Below the pieces are notes generated by a model. That model did no database searches and had not been told where the DNA came from. It worked only from the letters and a program-made list of their open reading frames with translations. Below are positions 26,706-38,370 of a DNA stretch of 64,000 nt, one piece after another. Each line of letters opens with the position of its first letter. Within the stretch, counting starts at the first letter, position 1. This DNA is from Squalus acanthias (lineage: Eukaryota), in contig CM059446.1 of the NCBI GenBank assembly GCA_030390025.1, positions 60,760,001 to 60,824,000 on the forward strand, read 5' to 3'. A program made the translations under genes and the position numbers.

Positions 26706-28534
26706 CTGCACTCGTCTCTTCCCAATAAAAGCTTCTTGGATGTTTTAAAATTTCAGCAATTTCATAAGCATTCCCTTGTGCCCTATATCCATTTTAGCTG
26801 TGAAAGCACATTTAGTCGAGTATTGATGCCAAAAATAAAGTGCCTCACTTTCTAATATCCGGACATGTTTTACAGTAGAGCATTATTGCATTCCAGTCAG
26901 TTCGTGGACTTTTATTCTCTTAATGAGATCTTGCTGTGTTGGAGCCAAGCTTTTTTCTCTGTAGAGGGTAAGATTTATTAGATGGTTTTCATTGTCTACA
27001 GAGAACTGTATTAGAAACCAGTGACCTGGCTCGGAATTATGCTTTACCCCGACAAACCAGCCCAATGAACATAAAATCTGTTTAGTCAATTTGTAAGTAT
27101 GAAAGAATTAAGGCAGAGCAGCCAAGTTGTATATCTGTGCTTTTATTTCTTCAGCTGGCCTTAAGCAAAAACATATGCTGTGGCTGCTTAACACATGGAT
27201 GAGGCGCTGTATTGGAATGCTCACTGCAGAGTTTCCTGTGACATATATGAGATGAATATCATTTGGACACCTCATAACTATTAAACAAGTCTGCCCCTCT
27301 GTTTGCTTTCAAAAGGTCTGCAGCCCCTTTGATATATGGTTTTATAAGAGCAGCATTTTTGTGAAACATTTAACCATGTTGGTGAATGGAGGAATCAGTA
27401 GCATCGGAATTGATCCACTGTACGGCTACAAATTACTGATATGTAACCATCATTTTATAATAAATGTTAATGCTTGTGTAGGAACAACAAAATTAAAAAT
27501 GCACTGCAGAGCTAGCAGCCACTATATACAGAGGTTCCTGTGGAGTATTCTGCAGAGTTTGCTTTAGGAACTGAACCTGCCTGCCTGAAAACTAAAAATC
27601 CTCACTCTGTTGACAGTACAATGTATTACTACTGAGGACAAAAAAAAAATGTAAATAACCGCTTTCTCTCACTGACAACTATAATTACAATTTCAGACAT
27701 GCTGTTATCTGCATTCCTGACGTTGCTGTTTTCCAGTTTGCCTGCTTCCCCAAAATGAGGTGCACATCCTGGCAAATTAGCAGTGATTTTGGGTGGAGCA
27801 AGATTCAGCAGTGTTATGTCCACGGAATGGTTTTTTATGAAGCTTCATACATGCCACCGTAGACATGGTAACTTTCAGATCTTGCCAATCCTATCACTGG
27901 AGAGGGGGAAGGGAGAAGAGAGAGAAAAGAGAGAGTTGATGAGTAAAGGCCTGGTGTTTCTTAACAGACAGGGGGAGAACATCTGAGGAAAAAGGGAACC
28001 AGGCCAGTACTTAGAGACGTAGAAATTTGAGCCGGGGAGGGGGCTATTCTGCTCTTCTAGTCTGCATTGAATTTAATTCGCTTTCTGCTTTTTCTGCAAT
28101 CTATTCCATTTCCCTATTTTTTTTTTTCATATATCCTTTGATATTCTTTAAGGAATGATTCAGTGCCTTTCTAAATGCTGTAATCAATTAATCACCACTT
28201 GTAGCAATGTATGTCGCATTCTAATAACTGCTTTTTAAAAAAAAAATCTTCTAATATCCCCCTTTATTTATCTAGTGTTTACCTTGACATCATGGCTGCT
28301 TGTCTTTAATTTAGCTAAAAATTTATTTACCTTGCTATTCCTTTTGTCTTCTCGAACACTTCTTTCAAGTCCCTCCACAGTCTTCAGTTCGAGAGAATAC
28401 AGCCCGAGTTGCTTTACCCTTTCCTTGTAACTCAGACCTCCTCATTTCTAGTGAATCTGTGTTGCAACTTCTCCAATGCTATTATATTCTTCCTATAGTG
28501 TACACTATTTCAGATACAGCCTGATCATCATTTT

Positions 28535-29256
28535 CATAGAATCATAGAATGGTTACAGCACACAAGGAGGCCATTCAGCCCGTTGAGCCCGTGCCAGCTC
28601 TCTGCAAGAGCACTTCAGCTAGTCCCACTCCCCCCCGCTATCCCTGTAGCCCTGCAAATTTTTTTCCTTCAGGTACTTATCCAATTCCGTTTTGCAAGCC
28701 ACGATTGAGTCTGCCTCCACCACCCTTTCAGACAGAGCATTCCAGATCCTAACCACTTGCTGAGTAAAAAAGTTTTTCCTCATATCCCCTTTGGTTCTTT
28801 TGCCAATCACCTTAAACATGTGTCCTCTGGTTCTCGACTCTTACACCAATGGGAACAGTTTCTCTCTATCTACTCTGTCTAGACCCATCGTGATGTTGAA
28901 CACCTCTATCAAATCTCCTCTCAACCTTCTCTGCTCCAAGGAGAACAACCCCAGCTTCTCTCGTCTATCCACGTAACTGAAGTCGCTCATCCCTGGAACC
29001 ATTCTCGTAAATCTTTTCTGCACCTTCTCTAAGGCCTTCACGTCTTTCCTAAGTGCGATGCCCAGAATTGGACACAATACTCCAGTTGAGGCAGAACCAG
29101 TGTTTTATAAAGGTTCATCATAACTTCCTTGCTTTTGTACTCTATGCCTCTATTTATTGTGACTCTATTTATGAAGCCCAGGAGCCCGTATGCTTTTTTA
29201 ACCGCTTTCTCAACCTGCCTTGCCACCTTCAGTGATTTGTGCACATATACCCCCAG
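28535..29256 (-). mobile_element. CR1 LINE 3' fragment interrupted by the Penelope-like element (resumes at 31448-31500)
   Basis: Fragmented ORFs 28619-29244 (YKSKEVMMNLYKTLV, FSLEQRRLRGDLIEV) and tail catagaatcatagaat. The CR1 sequence continues after the TSD (tacccccagatctctctgttcatgcacc). Confidence 0.9.
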
Positions 29257-31447
29257 CTGTTGTTGTTTGGCGAACCGACCTCTACCTAGCGGAAGTTGAA
29301 CACCAACTCTCTGACACCTCCTCCTACCTCCACCTGGACCATGACCCCACTACCGAACATCAAGCCACCGTGTCCAAGACTGTCACTGACCTCATCTCCT
29401 CTGGAGATCTTCCCCCCCCCCCCACGGCCGCCAACCTCATAGTTCCCCAACCCCGCACAGCCCGCTTCTACCTCCTTCCCAAGATCCACAAACAGGACTG
29501 CCCCGGTAGACCCATCGTTTCAGCCTGTTCTTGCCCCACGGAACTTATCTCTTCCTATCTCGACTCTATTTTTTCTCCCCTTGTCCAGTCTCTTCCCACC
29601 TACATCCGCGACTCTTCCGACGCCCTCCGCCATTTTAACAGTTTCCAGTTTCCCGGCCCCAACCGTCTCCTCTTCACTATGGACGTACAATCCCTCTACA
29701 CCTCCATTCCCCACCAGGATGGCCTGAGGGCGCTCCGCTTCTTCCTTGAACAGAGGCCCAACCAGTCCCCATCCACCACCACCCTCCTCCGCCTGGCTGA
29801 ACTTGTTCTCACATTGAACAACATCTCCTTTGACTCTACCCATTTCCTCCAAATTAAAGGTGTTGCTATGGGTACCTGCATGGGTCCTAGCTATGCCTGC
29901 CTTTTCGTGGGATATGTGGAACACTCTTTGTTCCAGTCCTACTCGGGTCCCCTCCCTCACCTCTTTTTCCGGTACATTGATGACTGTATCGGTGCCGTCT
30001 CCTGCTCTCGCCCTGAACTAGAACATTTCATTCACTATGCTTCCAATTTCCACCCTTCCCTCACCTTCACATGGTCCATCTCCGACTCTTCCCTTCCCTT
30101 CCTCGACTTCTCCATCTCCATCTCTGGGGATAGGTTATTGACTAACATTCACTACAAGCCCACTGACTCCCACAGCTACCTGGACTACACTTCCTCCCAC
30201 CCCGCCTCCTGTAAGGACTCTATTCCATTCTCCCAGTTTCTCCGTCTCCGCCGCATCTGCTCTGATGATGCCACCTTCCATACCAGTGCTTCTGACATGT
30301 CTTCCTTTTTCCTCAACCAAGGATTCCCCTCTACCGTGGTCGACACGGCCCTCGACCGTGTCCGTTCTATCTCCCGCACTTCTGCCCTCACCCCTGCCCC
30401 TCCCTCCCGGAACCACGATAGGGTTCCCCTTGTCCTCACCTTTCACCCCACCAGCCTCCACATTCAACGGATCATCCTCCGCCATTTCCGCCACCTCCAG
30501 CGTGATCCCACCACCAAACGCATCTTCCCCTCACCTCCCCTTTCAGCATTCCGTAGGGACCGCTCCCTCCGCGACACCCTAGTCTACTCCTCTACCACCC
30601 CCAGCACCCCTTCCCCTTCGCCCGGCACCTTCCCGTGCACGCGCAGGAGATGCAACACATGCCCTTATACCTCCCCTCTTCCCACTGTCCAGGGCCCCAA
30701 ACACCCCTTCCAGGTGAAACAGCGATTTACTTGTACTTCCTGCAATTTAGTATACTGTATTCGCTGCTCACTATGTGGACTCCTCTACATTGGGGAGACC
30801 AAACGCAGATTGGGTGACCGCTTTGCGGAACACCTCCGTTCAGTCCGTAAGGGGGACCCCGAGCTCCCGGTGGCCTGTCACTTTAATTCACCGCTTCACT
30901 CCCACTCTGACCTCACCGTCCTCGGCCTATTACACTGTTCCACGGAAGCGCAGCGTAAGCTCGAGGAACAGCACCTCATCTTTCGTTTAGGCACGCTACA
31001 GCCCTCTGGACTCAATATCGAGTTCAACAATTTTAGATCATAACTTCAGCTCCAATCACATTTATATTTTATTTTTATTTGTCCCCCCCCCACCTTTTTT
31101 TTTTCCTCCTAGAAGCTGGCAGCTGTCCTTCATTCTGCCAGTGGATTTCACACTTCATTCAGCCTTAATCTGTCACATTAACACCACCTCTACCCTTGCA
31201 TATCTCTTAATGTCTCTTAATGTCTCTTCATCTCCCCCTTTGTTCCTTTATCCCCTCCCCCTTTTCCCAGCTTTACCCTGGCCTTAAATCTATTTGATTT
31301 CCGGCTCTTCCCAGTTCTGATGAAAGGTCATCGACCTGAAACGTTAACTCTCTTTCTCTCTCCACGGATGCTGCCTGGCCTGCTGAGTTTTTCCAGCGTT
31401 TTCTGTTGTTATTTCGGATTTCCAGCATCCGCAGTATTTTGCTATCG
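29257..31447 (+). mobile_element. Penelope-like element (Neptune-type), 5'-truncated, RT + GIY-YIG endonuclease, flanked by the 9-bp TSD TACCCCCAG
   Basis: The ORF is open to the stop at 31043. RT motifs LPKIHK, RPIVS, MDVQSLYTSIP, GVAMG, FRYIDD, LPFLD, HYKPT; Cys linker CTRRRCNTC; GIY-YIG VYCIRC..CGLLYIGET..RLGDRFAEH...GLN. TACCCCCAG at 29248-29256 and 31448-31456. Confidence 0.95.
31313..31349 (+). ncRNA. Minimal type I hammerhead ribozyme motif in the PLE 3' terminal region
   Basis: AGUU-CUGAUGA-A-[AGGUC auc GACCU]-GAAA-CGUU-AACU: both core boxes, a 5-bp stem II, palindromic stem III (AACGUU) and a 4-bp stem I. Confidence 0.75.
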
Positions 31448-31599
31448 TACCCCCAGATCTCTCTGTTCATGCACCTCCTTTAGAATGGTACCCTTTAATT
31501 TGTGCAGTCATCAAGACATCTTAGCTTTTGTATTCAGTCTCTCTCATTATAAGTCCCTAAATCCATTTACTTTTTCTAATGACTATTTACGTATTTATG

Positions 31600-32103
31600 T
31601 ATTTTCGTCCCGCCTGCAAAATTGCCCCGCGCCCCCTGAATCTGCACTGGGCAATGACCGCGACCGATTCAGGGGGCGGGAACGGAGCGGCAGGAGGCTC
31701 GCGGGGCACTAAGTAAAGGGGAGGTGGCGGGCGGGGGGAAAATAATTGGCCAACTTGTTGCGTCCTCGAATGCAGGGTCCGTGCTGCGATCTGGCAGCCC
31801 GGCACTCCTCTTGTGTGCCGGGCTGCTGGCACGGCTCCCCGCTCCCCGGTAGTCCAGGTAGGGCCCCGCAGAGTTGTGGGCTTGGGCCCTCCACTTTAAT
31901 GAGGGGAAAAGCCCTTCCACATGGCAGCGCTACATGGCCCAGTGCATAGCGCTGCAGAACGCACCACCCCGATATTCGGGTTTAGCGCTCTAAGAAGGAA
32001 GTGGAGCGCTTGAATTAGCTCCACCTCCCTCTTGGGGCGCTAAAACTGAATTTCGCGGGCGCTAATAAGCGCCCCAAAATAGTCAATACCAAATTTTTCC
32101 CCC
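31600..32103. mobile_element. GC/CpG-rich fold-back (MITE-like) element remnant
   Basis: Nested inverted repeats cgccccctgaatc/gattcagggggcg and tgccccgcg/cgcggggca; a second hairpin tttagcgc..gtggagc/gctccac..gcgctaaa; ends in aaatttttccccc. Confidence 0.55.
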
Positions 32104-34689
32104 TGTGCATCTTCATATCTAATTCCCTTCGTTCCTGCACTGCACTGAGAAATTTACCATTTACGGTATACTTTCATTCTCTATTGTTGCTGAAATGTTG
32201 TCTTATGTTTTCTTTATTAAACTGTATCCGCCACTTATCTGCTCATTTCCGAGCCTGTGTATGTGTTCCTGTAGCCCGCTGCATTCCTCCCAATGCACTG
32301 GTTGTTGGCTGTCTGACTTGCCCTCTCCCCTGTTTGAACAGAGGTGGAACATTTGCCTCGGTCCGATCCTTTGGCCCGCCCTGTTTTAATGAATTTTGAA
32401 AATTCATGGTTAGATCCTTCACTACTCACTTAGTATTCTGGGATGCACAATGTCTAATCCTGGTTATTTGTCGATCAGTCCTTAGATCATTACAAACTGT
32501 TCCTTCATTAATGCAGATCTCTACTTCCTTATCCACAAGCTTTTGAAGCTTTTTTTCCCCAGTCTTCTCTGAGACAAAGTATTCATTAAGCCTTTTCACG
32601 CAATGGATCTTTTCCACCCTGGAAATCTGGCATGTCAGTTCTTTAGTTCTCTGATGATCTCTGCAATCTGGCTGGAGAAATTGTGCACTTTGTATTGTTT
32701 AACTAAATAAAAAATCACGTACAATTCTACACAGGAACATGGATACGATGCTTAAATGACACAAGTTATTTGCCATTTTTTGCATCGAATATTGTTTGTG
32801 GTAGTGTTTTTGTATTTTAATTAAACTCTCAGTGTCATCATCAAGAACCCTTTTCTGAAAATTAAGACGATACAAATAAATGTGATGAACTTAAATATCT
32901 TTTTCTTCTGTCTTTCACTTGATATTTAGTGAGGAATATTTTTGGCTGAACAATGAGTTCTAATGGCATTGGAGGAATTAGCCTGTCGTAGTTATTGAGG
33001 CCAACTGCGCAAAGGAAGTAATCTCAGTGGAGATATACTCATTAATCAGAGAGGTTGCTTCAGCTATGACATTAAATCTTCTCCCTCATGATGCCAAGGA
33101 AATTAGGTCCTCCCAGGAAAGTCTACCCAGCATCATTTTAAAAACTATATTCAAAAAATAAATAAGTAGCAATACCGGAAAAATTACAAGAATGTTGAAT
33201 TGATTCTTTGTAGTTGATTGAGGGATTGTTGGCAGCATAGCAGGTTGCAGACCAACCGCCTTAATTTCCAACATGGCAATTTCTTGATCTTGGCTACCAC
33301 AGCAAGCAAGAGGAGGTTGAATGGCAAGAGTTAAGGCACAATCTGATTAGAAGGGTTTTGAGAATGTTTTCAAAAGGAACGGAGGGAGGTGGTAAAAGAG
33401 TGAATTAGGCAGATGGCTCCAGAGGACAGGTGCATTTTGACTCGATGAACAGCCACCAATAGGGAAACGGAGCAAGTGGAGAGCAAGGAGATGAGCAGCT
33501 GTCCGGTATTCAGCCATGCCATTTGAGCAGGAGGTGTCAAGTGGCGGTCAGGTGCAGTGGGCGAAGATTACTGCACATTTGCTTTGTGTACTCCTAGCAG
33601 CTGATAACTGAGCTGCTTTGGCACAAGCTCAGTCTCCTGAATAGTGCTTGGTGCGGAGAGATCACAGTGAGACGGGAGAAAGTAAAATATATCGCCATTA
33701 AAAAACAGTGATGGATGGGTGTGCTTCTTGGTGTTTCTCGGCAGTACAGTAAAACTCAATATATGATGTGGTTTAAATGGTGCCAATAGTGTTAATGGGA
33801 AGGTAGGTCCTAGCTGGTGTAATGTACGCAAAACAGAATGGTTATCGGAGACCGGATGGTGAAGCATTAGAACATTGTTCTCCTCTGGAATGGATTGGAT
33901 TCCATTTCTAAGAAATTAAATGGAGGACTCGCTCTTAAATGACCAAGTAGAGTTAGTTTGGGGTTGCCTCATTCCAGTGACATAAGTATAGAAAGGGCAT
34001 TGCATTGAGCACTTGGAGATACTCAGTGGCTCCTTTCACACAGAGCAGGAGAAATACCAATCCCACAATGCAGCGGGAAGGTCCCTTTCTTAGATTTCCA
34101 AGTAAGGTCGGGGAAATTCTCATGCCAATCTGAATACACATGCTTTATTTAAGTAAGAATGCCCATAAAGGGGGTTGATATTGAAGCTGGGATCAAACTC
34201 AGTCGTCCTAGTTGAGAGTCTGAGACTTTGACACTACCAGTTTAGCCATTGGGCTACTCTTAGGACTTGGAAGTGCTCAATTCTGACGTTATCTCTAAAG
34301 TGGGCAGTCATGTTGAAAGAGATCGTTATTGTTACATACATGCACACACATGCCAATGTAGATAACTGCTGACCTAATGTGCTGACAAAATGCATAACCT
34401 GATTACAAATTCTAGAAGCTAATTGCAAGAAAGAGCATAATGGTGTTTGTGGTTTTGTGCATTCCTGTGTTCCAAACACAATTATAAACTCAGAAGACCA
34501 TAAGCTAATCTGACGCATTAGACTGATGCATTGTGTGCTGAATGTGAAACAGTCAAAAAATAAATGAACTACTTTATAACAGTGTAGAGGGTTATGGCCT
34601 CAGTTCTGAGGTATGGGAGAGTCTCCAATATATTCTTCCATTCTGCCTATTGCTGTAACAAAATGGTAATGGAATGCTTGGGTATGGTG

Positions 34690-35105
34690 ATAGTACTTCC
34701 TGCGTTAAAAGGTATTCCGCCTACTTCCTAAGGGCCTTGGAGAAAGTCCAGCAACAGTTCATCAGGATGATACCTGAGGCGAAGGGACTGAGCTGTGATA
34801 AGAGAATGGTGAGAGAATGGATGCATTTGGGTTATATTCTCTGGATCTGATATGAATATTTAAAATAATAAAGGGAACTGACAGGGTAGATCGGGAATGA
34901 GTGTTCCCTCTAGTAGGAGAATCCAGAACAAGGGGACACAGTCTGAGGATTTGAGCTAAGCCAGTGAAAAGTGAATACAGGAAAAACTTCTTCACACAAA
35001 GGATTATGAGGAAATGGAGCAGACAGTAAGACAAGGCCATAAATGCAACATCAATTGGGAAGCAAAGCTATTAAGGAAAATGGAAAAAGGACAGGGAATT
35101 GGGAT
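34690..35105 (+). mobile_element. Old CR1 3' fragment
   Basis: Degenerate gccttggagaaagtccagcaacagttcatcaggatgatacc ... agaacaaggggacacagtct ... ttcttcacacaaagg. Confidence 0.7.
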
Positions 35106-35558
35106 TTTTTTTTTTAAATGTACTGTCATGACTAACAAAATGGCAGAGGGGGCTCGTGTTCCTGTAACACACATGTCAAGGATAGGGTGAGGTAAGTAGT
35201 TCTCTATACAGTGAGGTACTGATTTCAGCTGTTGCATTGTGAAGAGCTATCAAGCAGCTGATGGGCACTTCTATCTACAGACTCACTCTAGGTTGTTCTC
35301 TTCAACATCTTAGAATTCAGCTCGAATTACAAGAAGTTGTGAGAGTGGACTTCCGGTCTGTTATCTTGGCCACACAAGATGCATGACATGAGCAAACTGA
35401 GGGGGGACACATTGTGCTCCATTTGCAGCCCTTGTTTCATTATCCTCCCCTCATCAATTCCTACCAATGCCAATATCTATATATGGTAATATGCAGTGGA
35501 TCTGCTTCTGAACAATGTATGGTATGTGATAGTAATCCTGCCTTTTGAACTAATCCAG

Positions 35559-35692
35559 TTGGATGCAGAGCGCCCAGATGACTTGCGTCTCATAGAATTG
35601 GACGAGTCTCACAGAAGTGAACATACAGTTTTCATAACGCCTCCTGAACTCCCAAGCCTGCCTAATGGAGAAGAGTATCCGCTTCAGTATAG
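35559..35692 (+). CDS. DENND4A: DENND4A exon ([44 protein letters not shown]), phase 0-2
   Basis: Acceptor ctaatccag| and donor AG|gttcgt; [18 protein letters not shown] motif. Follows an 18.4-kb intron. Confidence 0.93.
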
Positions 35693-35713
35693 GTTCGTAT
35701 CCAATCACTGTTT

Positions 35714-36142
35714 CATAGAAACATAGAATCTAGGAGCAGGAGTAGGCCATTCGGCCCGTCGAGCCTGCTCCACCATTCAATACGATCATGGCTGATCATC
35801 CAAATCCAGTACCCTGTCCCTTCTTTAATCCCCACAGTACACATATCCCACCCTACCCCCGTAACCCCACGTATTTAATTCCCCCTAACATATCCCATCC
35901 TATCCCCATAACCCCACATATTTAATCCCCCCCTAACACTAAGGGTCAATTTATCATAGCCAAATCAACCTAACCCGCACATTTTTGGACTGTGGGAGGA
36001 AACCGGAGCACCCGGAGGAAACCCACGCAGACACGGGGAGAATGTGCAAACTCCACACAGACAGTCACCCGAGGTCAGATTCGAACCCGGGTCCCTGGCG
36101 CTGTGAGGCACCAGTGCTAACCACTATGCCACCGTGTCGCCC
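35714..36142 (-). mobile_element. HE1-type V-SINE (tRNA head, V-domain core, CR1-derived tail)
   Basis: Reverse complement: ggtggcatagtggttagcac (A box), ggttcgaatc (B box), V core tgtgtggagtttgcacattctccccgtgtctgcgtgggtttcctccgggtgctccggtttcctcccac. The tail matches the CR1 tail at 23170-23260. Internal ~48-bp duplication at ~35841-35937. Confidence 0.9.
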
Positions 36143-37119
36143 ACCTGCAAGGTTAGGGCGTGGGGGTAATCACAAGATCTCTCTGGGTTTTGAAATATAC
36201 GAGAGGCGCACAAATTATTTTCTATAATTTTTTTTAAAGCGACATGCACAGAACCTCAACATTTTTTAATTCACGGTATTTTTTTGGATAATTGTAAAAG
36301 CTTGTACACTGGATAAAGTGTATGTAGCTATAGATTATTCTCAATAAATTATTAATATCCTTATGTGAACATCTTCACACATTAGGATGGTGGTGTGGAC
36401 ATGCTGTATGCACAAAACTGAGTGAAATCAGAATATCCTCTCCACACAGACAACGTTAAAACCATTTAAGTATGGTTTTAGGTTTTGATTTAATTGCTGA
36501 GAGTTAATTACTAGTTTCGGATGATTTTTGTAAATTAGCATGTTTGTTATGTAATTTAGAGAATCATGATTATGCTGCTGCCTTATAATCACCCCCTACT
36601 ACCAATTATTTTTTATGCAATCTCATTAGATCTATTTTTGTGCTGAGAATGTAACTGAGGTCCTCAGAGAGCTGCTGCTATCTCTGTTTTTTTAAAAGAT
36701 GCTTCACATGAATTTTCTGCTTTTAATTTTTGCTTTGGAAACAGGTTTTCAATTTTATTAATGAAGAAAATCCGCAGTATCAACTTGCAAACACAAGATT
36801 TAAAAAAAAAATGAAACTGTCTTCTGAAAGTGTTGCCTTCTTGCATAGATGTGGTTCCAAAGGGACTGGGTGCCCTCCAATAGCTCACCCAAGTAGTCAT
36901 GTTTCATGGTTCAGCTGTTGCAAGGAGGGGCATCTGGTGCTCACCCAACGCCCACTGTATGGCAATCTAGGTGGCAACCCAAGCTAATATTTGTTTCTCT
37001 TCTGCCTACCTTGGGGCACTGAGGCAATTGTAGTCCCAACAGTTGCCTTGGCTGAGGACAGGAAACTGGGATGCTGGAAATACCACAACATCTGAAAGAT
37101 AAAAGACCCTTTCTCCAAA

Positions 37120-37430
37120 CCTAAAGAACTAACTGCAGATTCTGTAAATCTGGAAGAAAATCTGAAAATGTTGGAAACACTCAGCAGGTCAGGCAGTATC
37201 TGGAGGGAACAGAGGAGGTAAGGTTTTGTCTGTGTACCCATTGGGGTTCTGACGAAGCATTAACTCCTCTGTTCTTTCCAGTGATGCTGCCTGATCTGCT
37301 GAGTGCTGCCAGCATTTTCTCTCCTCTTTTCTCAGTATGTATTCCACCTGAAATGTTAATCTGTCTTTTTTTCTTGCAGAAGCTGACAAACCTGTTGTGT
37401 ATTTCCAGTATTTGCTGTTTTTCTTTTTAT
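37120..37430. mobile_element. Cluster of three degenerate PLE terminal-repeat copies (one inverted, two tandem)
   Basis: gatgctgcctgatctgctgagtgctgccagcattttct (37284-37320) and cacctgaaatgttaatctgtc (37345-37365) match 31333-31405; 37125-37215 is the reverse complement of the same tail. Confidence 0.75.
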
Positions 37431-37592
37431 TGCTAATGTTAATAGTGGGTTAAGTATATATTCAGTTAAAACCATTTTATTCTGCATAATATGCTTTAAT
37501 TAAAGATGTGTTAATTAATCACATGTACATTATTGACTATGTTTGCTATATGTTAGCATTTTGTTAATCCTGACCTGATCCTGTTCTTTCAG

Positions 37593-37728
37593 TTACATTG
37601 GATTCCCTGTGCTGACACCAGAGCTATTTGACAGGCCTGTGGGTTTATTAAAGACTCTAGCCAGCAGGTTAACTTCAAAAAATAGTTGTCCCAACAGTCC
37701 AGCACCAATGGGCAGAAGAACTAAGCAG
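37593..37728 (+). CDS. DENND4A: DENND4A exon ([45 protein letters not shown]), phase 2-0
   Basis: Acceptor ctttcag| and donor CAG|gtacta; translated by hand; PNSP.P..RRTKQ motif. Confidence 0.92.
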
Positions 37729-37980
37729 GTACTATGTGACTAATGTTTGTATTCTGAATAAACCTGCGTACAGTGTGTGAATAATTAGGTGCTATTGGTA
37801 CAATGAAGGATTTACTGTAGGTACAATGGGAGTATGTGAATGATTGGGTATTATTGTCCGAGAGGAAATATATAAATGGATAGTATTGTTAGAGTGGAAA
37901 TGTGTGAATGATTGGGTAAAGTCTGATGTCCATGCATTTTATGCCATCTATGTATAAGGAGAGTGATATTTACAACTTAA

Positions 37981-38370
<390 letters not shown>

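Noticed and set aside
29220-29256. Apparent start of the 607-aa PLE ORF
   Set aside because: It is a TTG in the flanking antisense CR1, outside the TSD, so the element has no real start codon.
36070-36142. tRNA-like A/B boxes (also ~20980 and ~23050)
   Set aside because: These are SINE heads continuous with SINE bodies, not tRNA genes.
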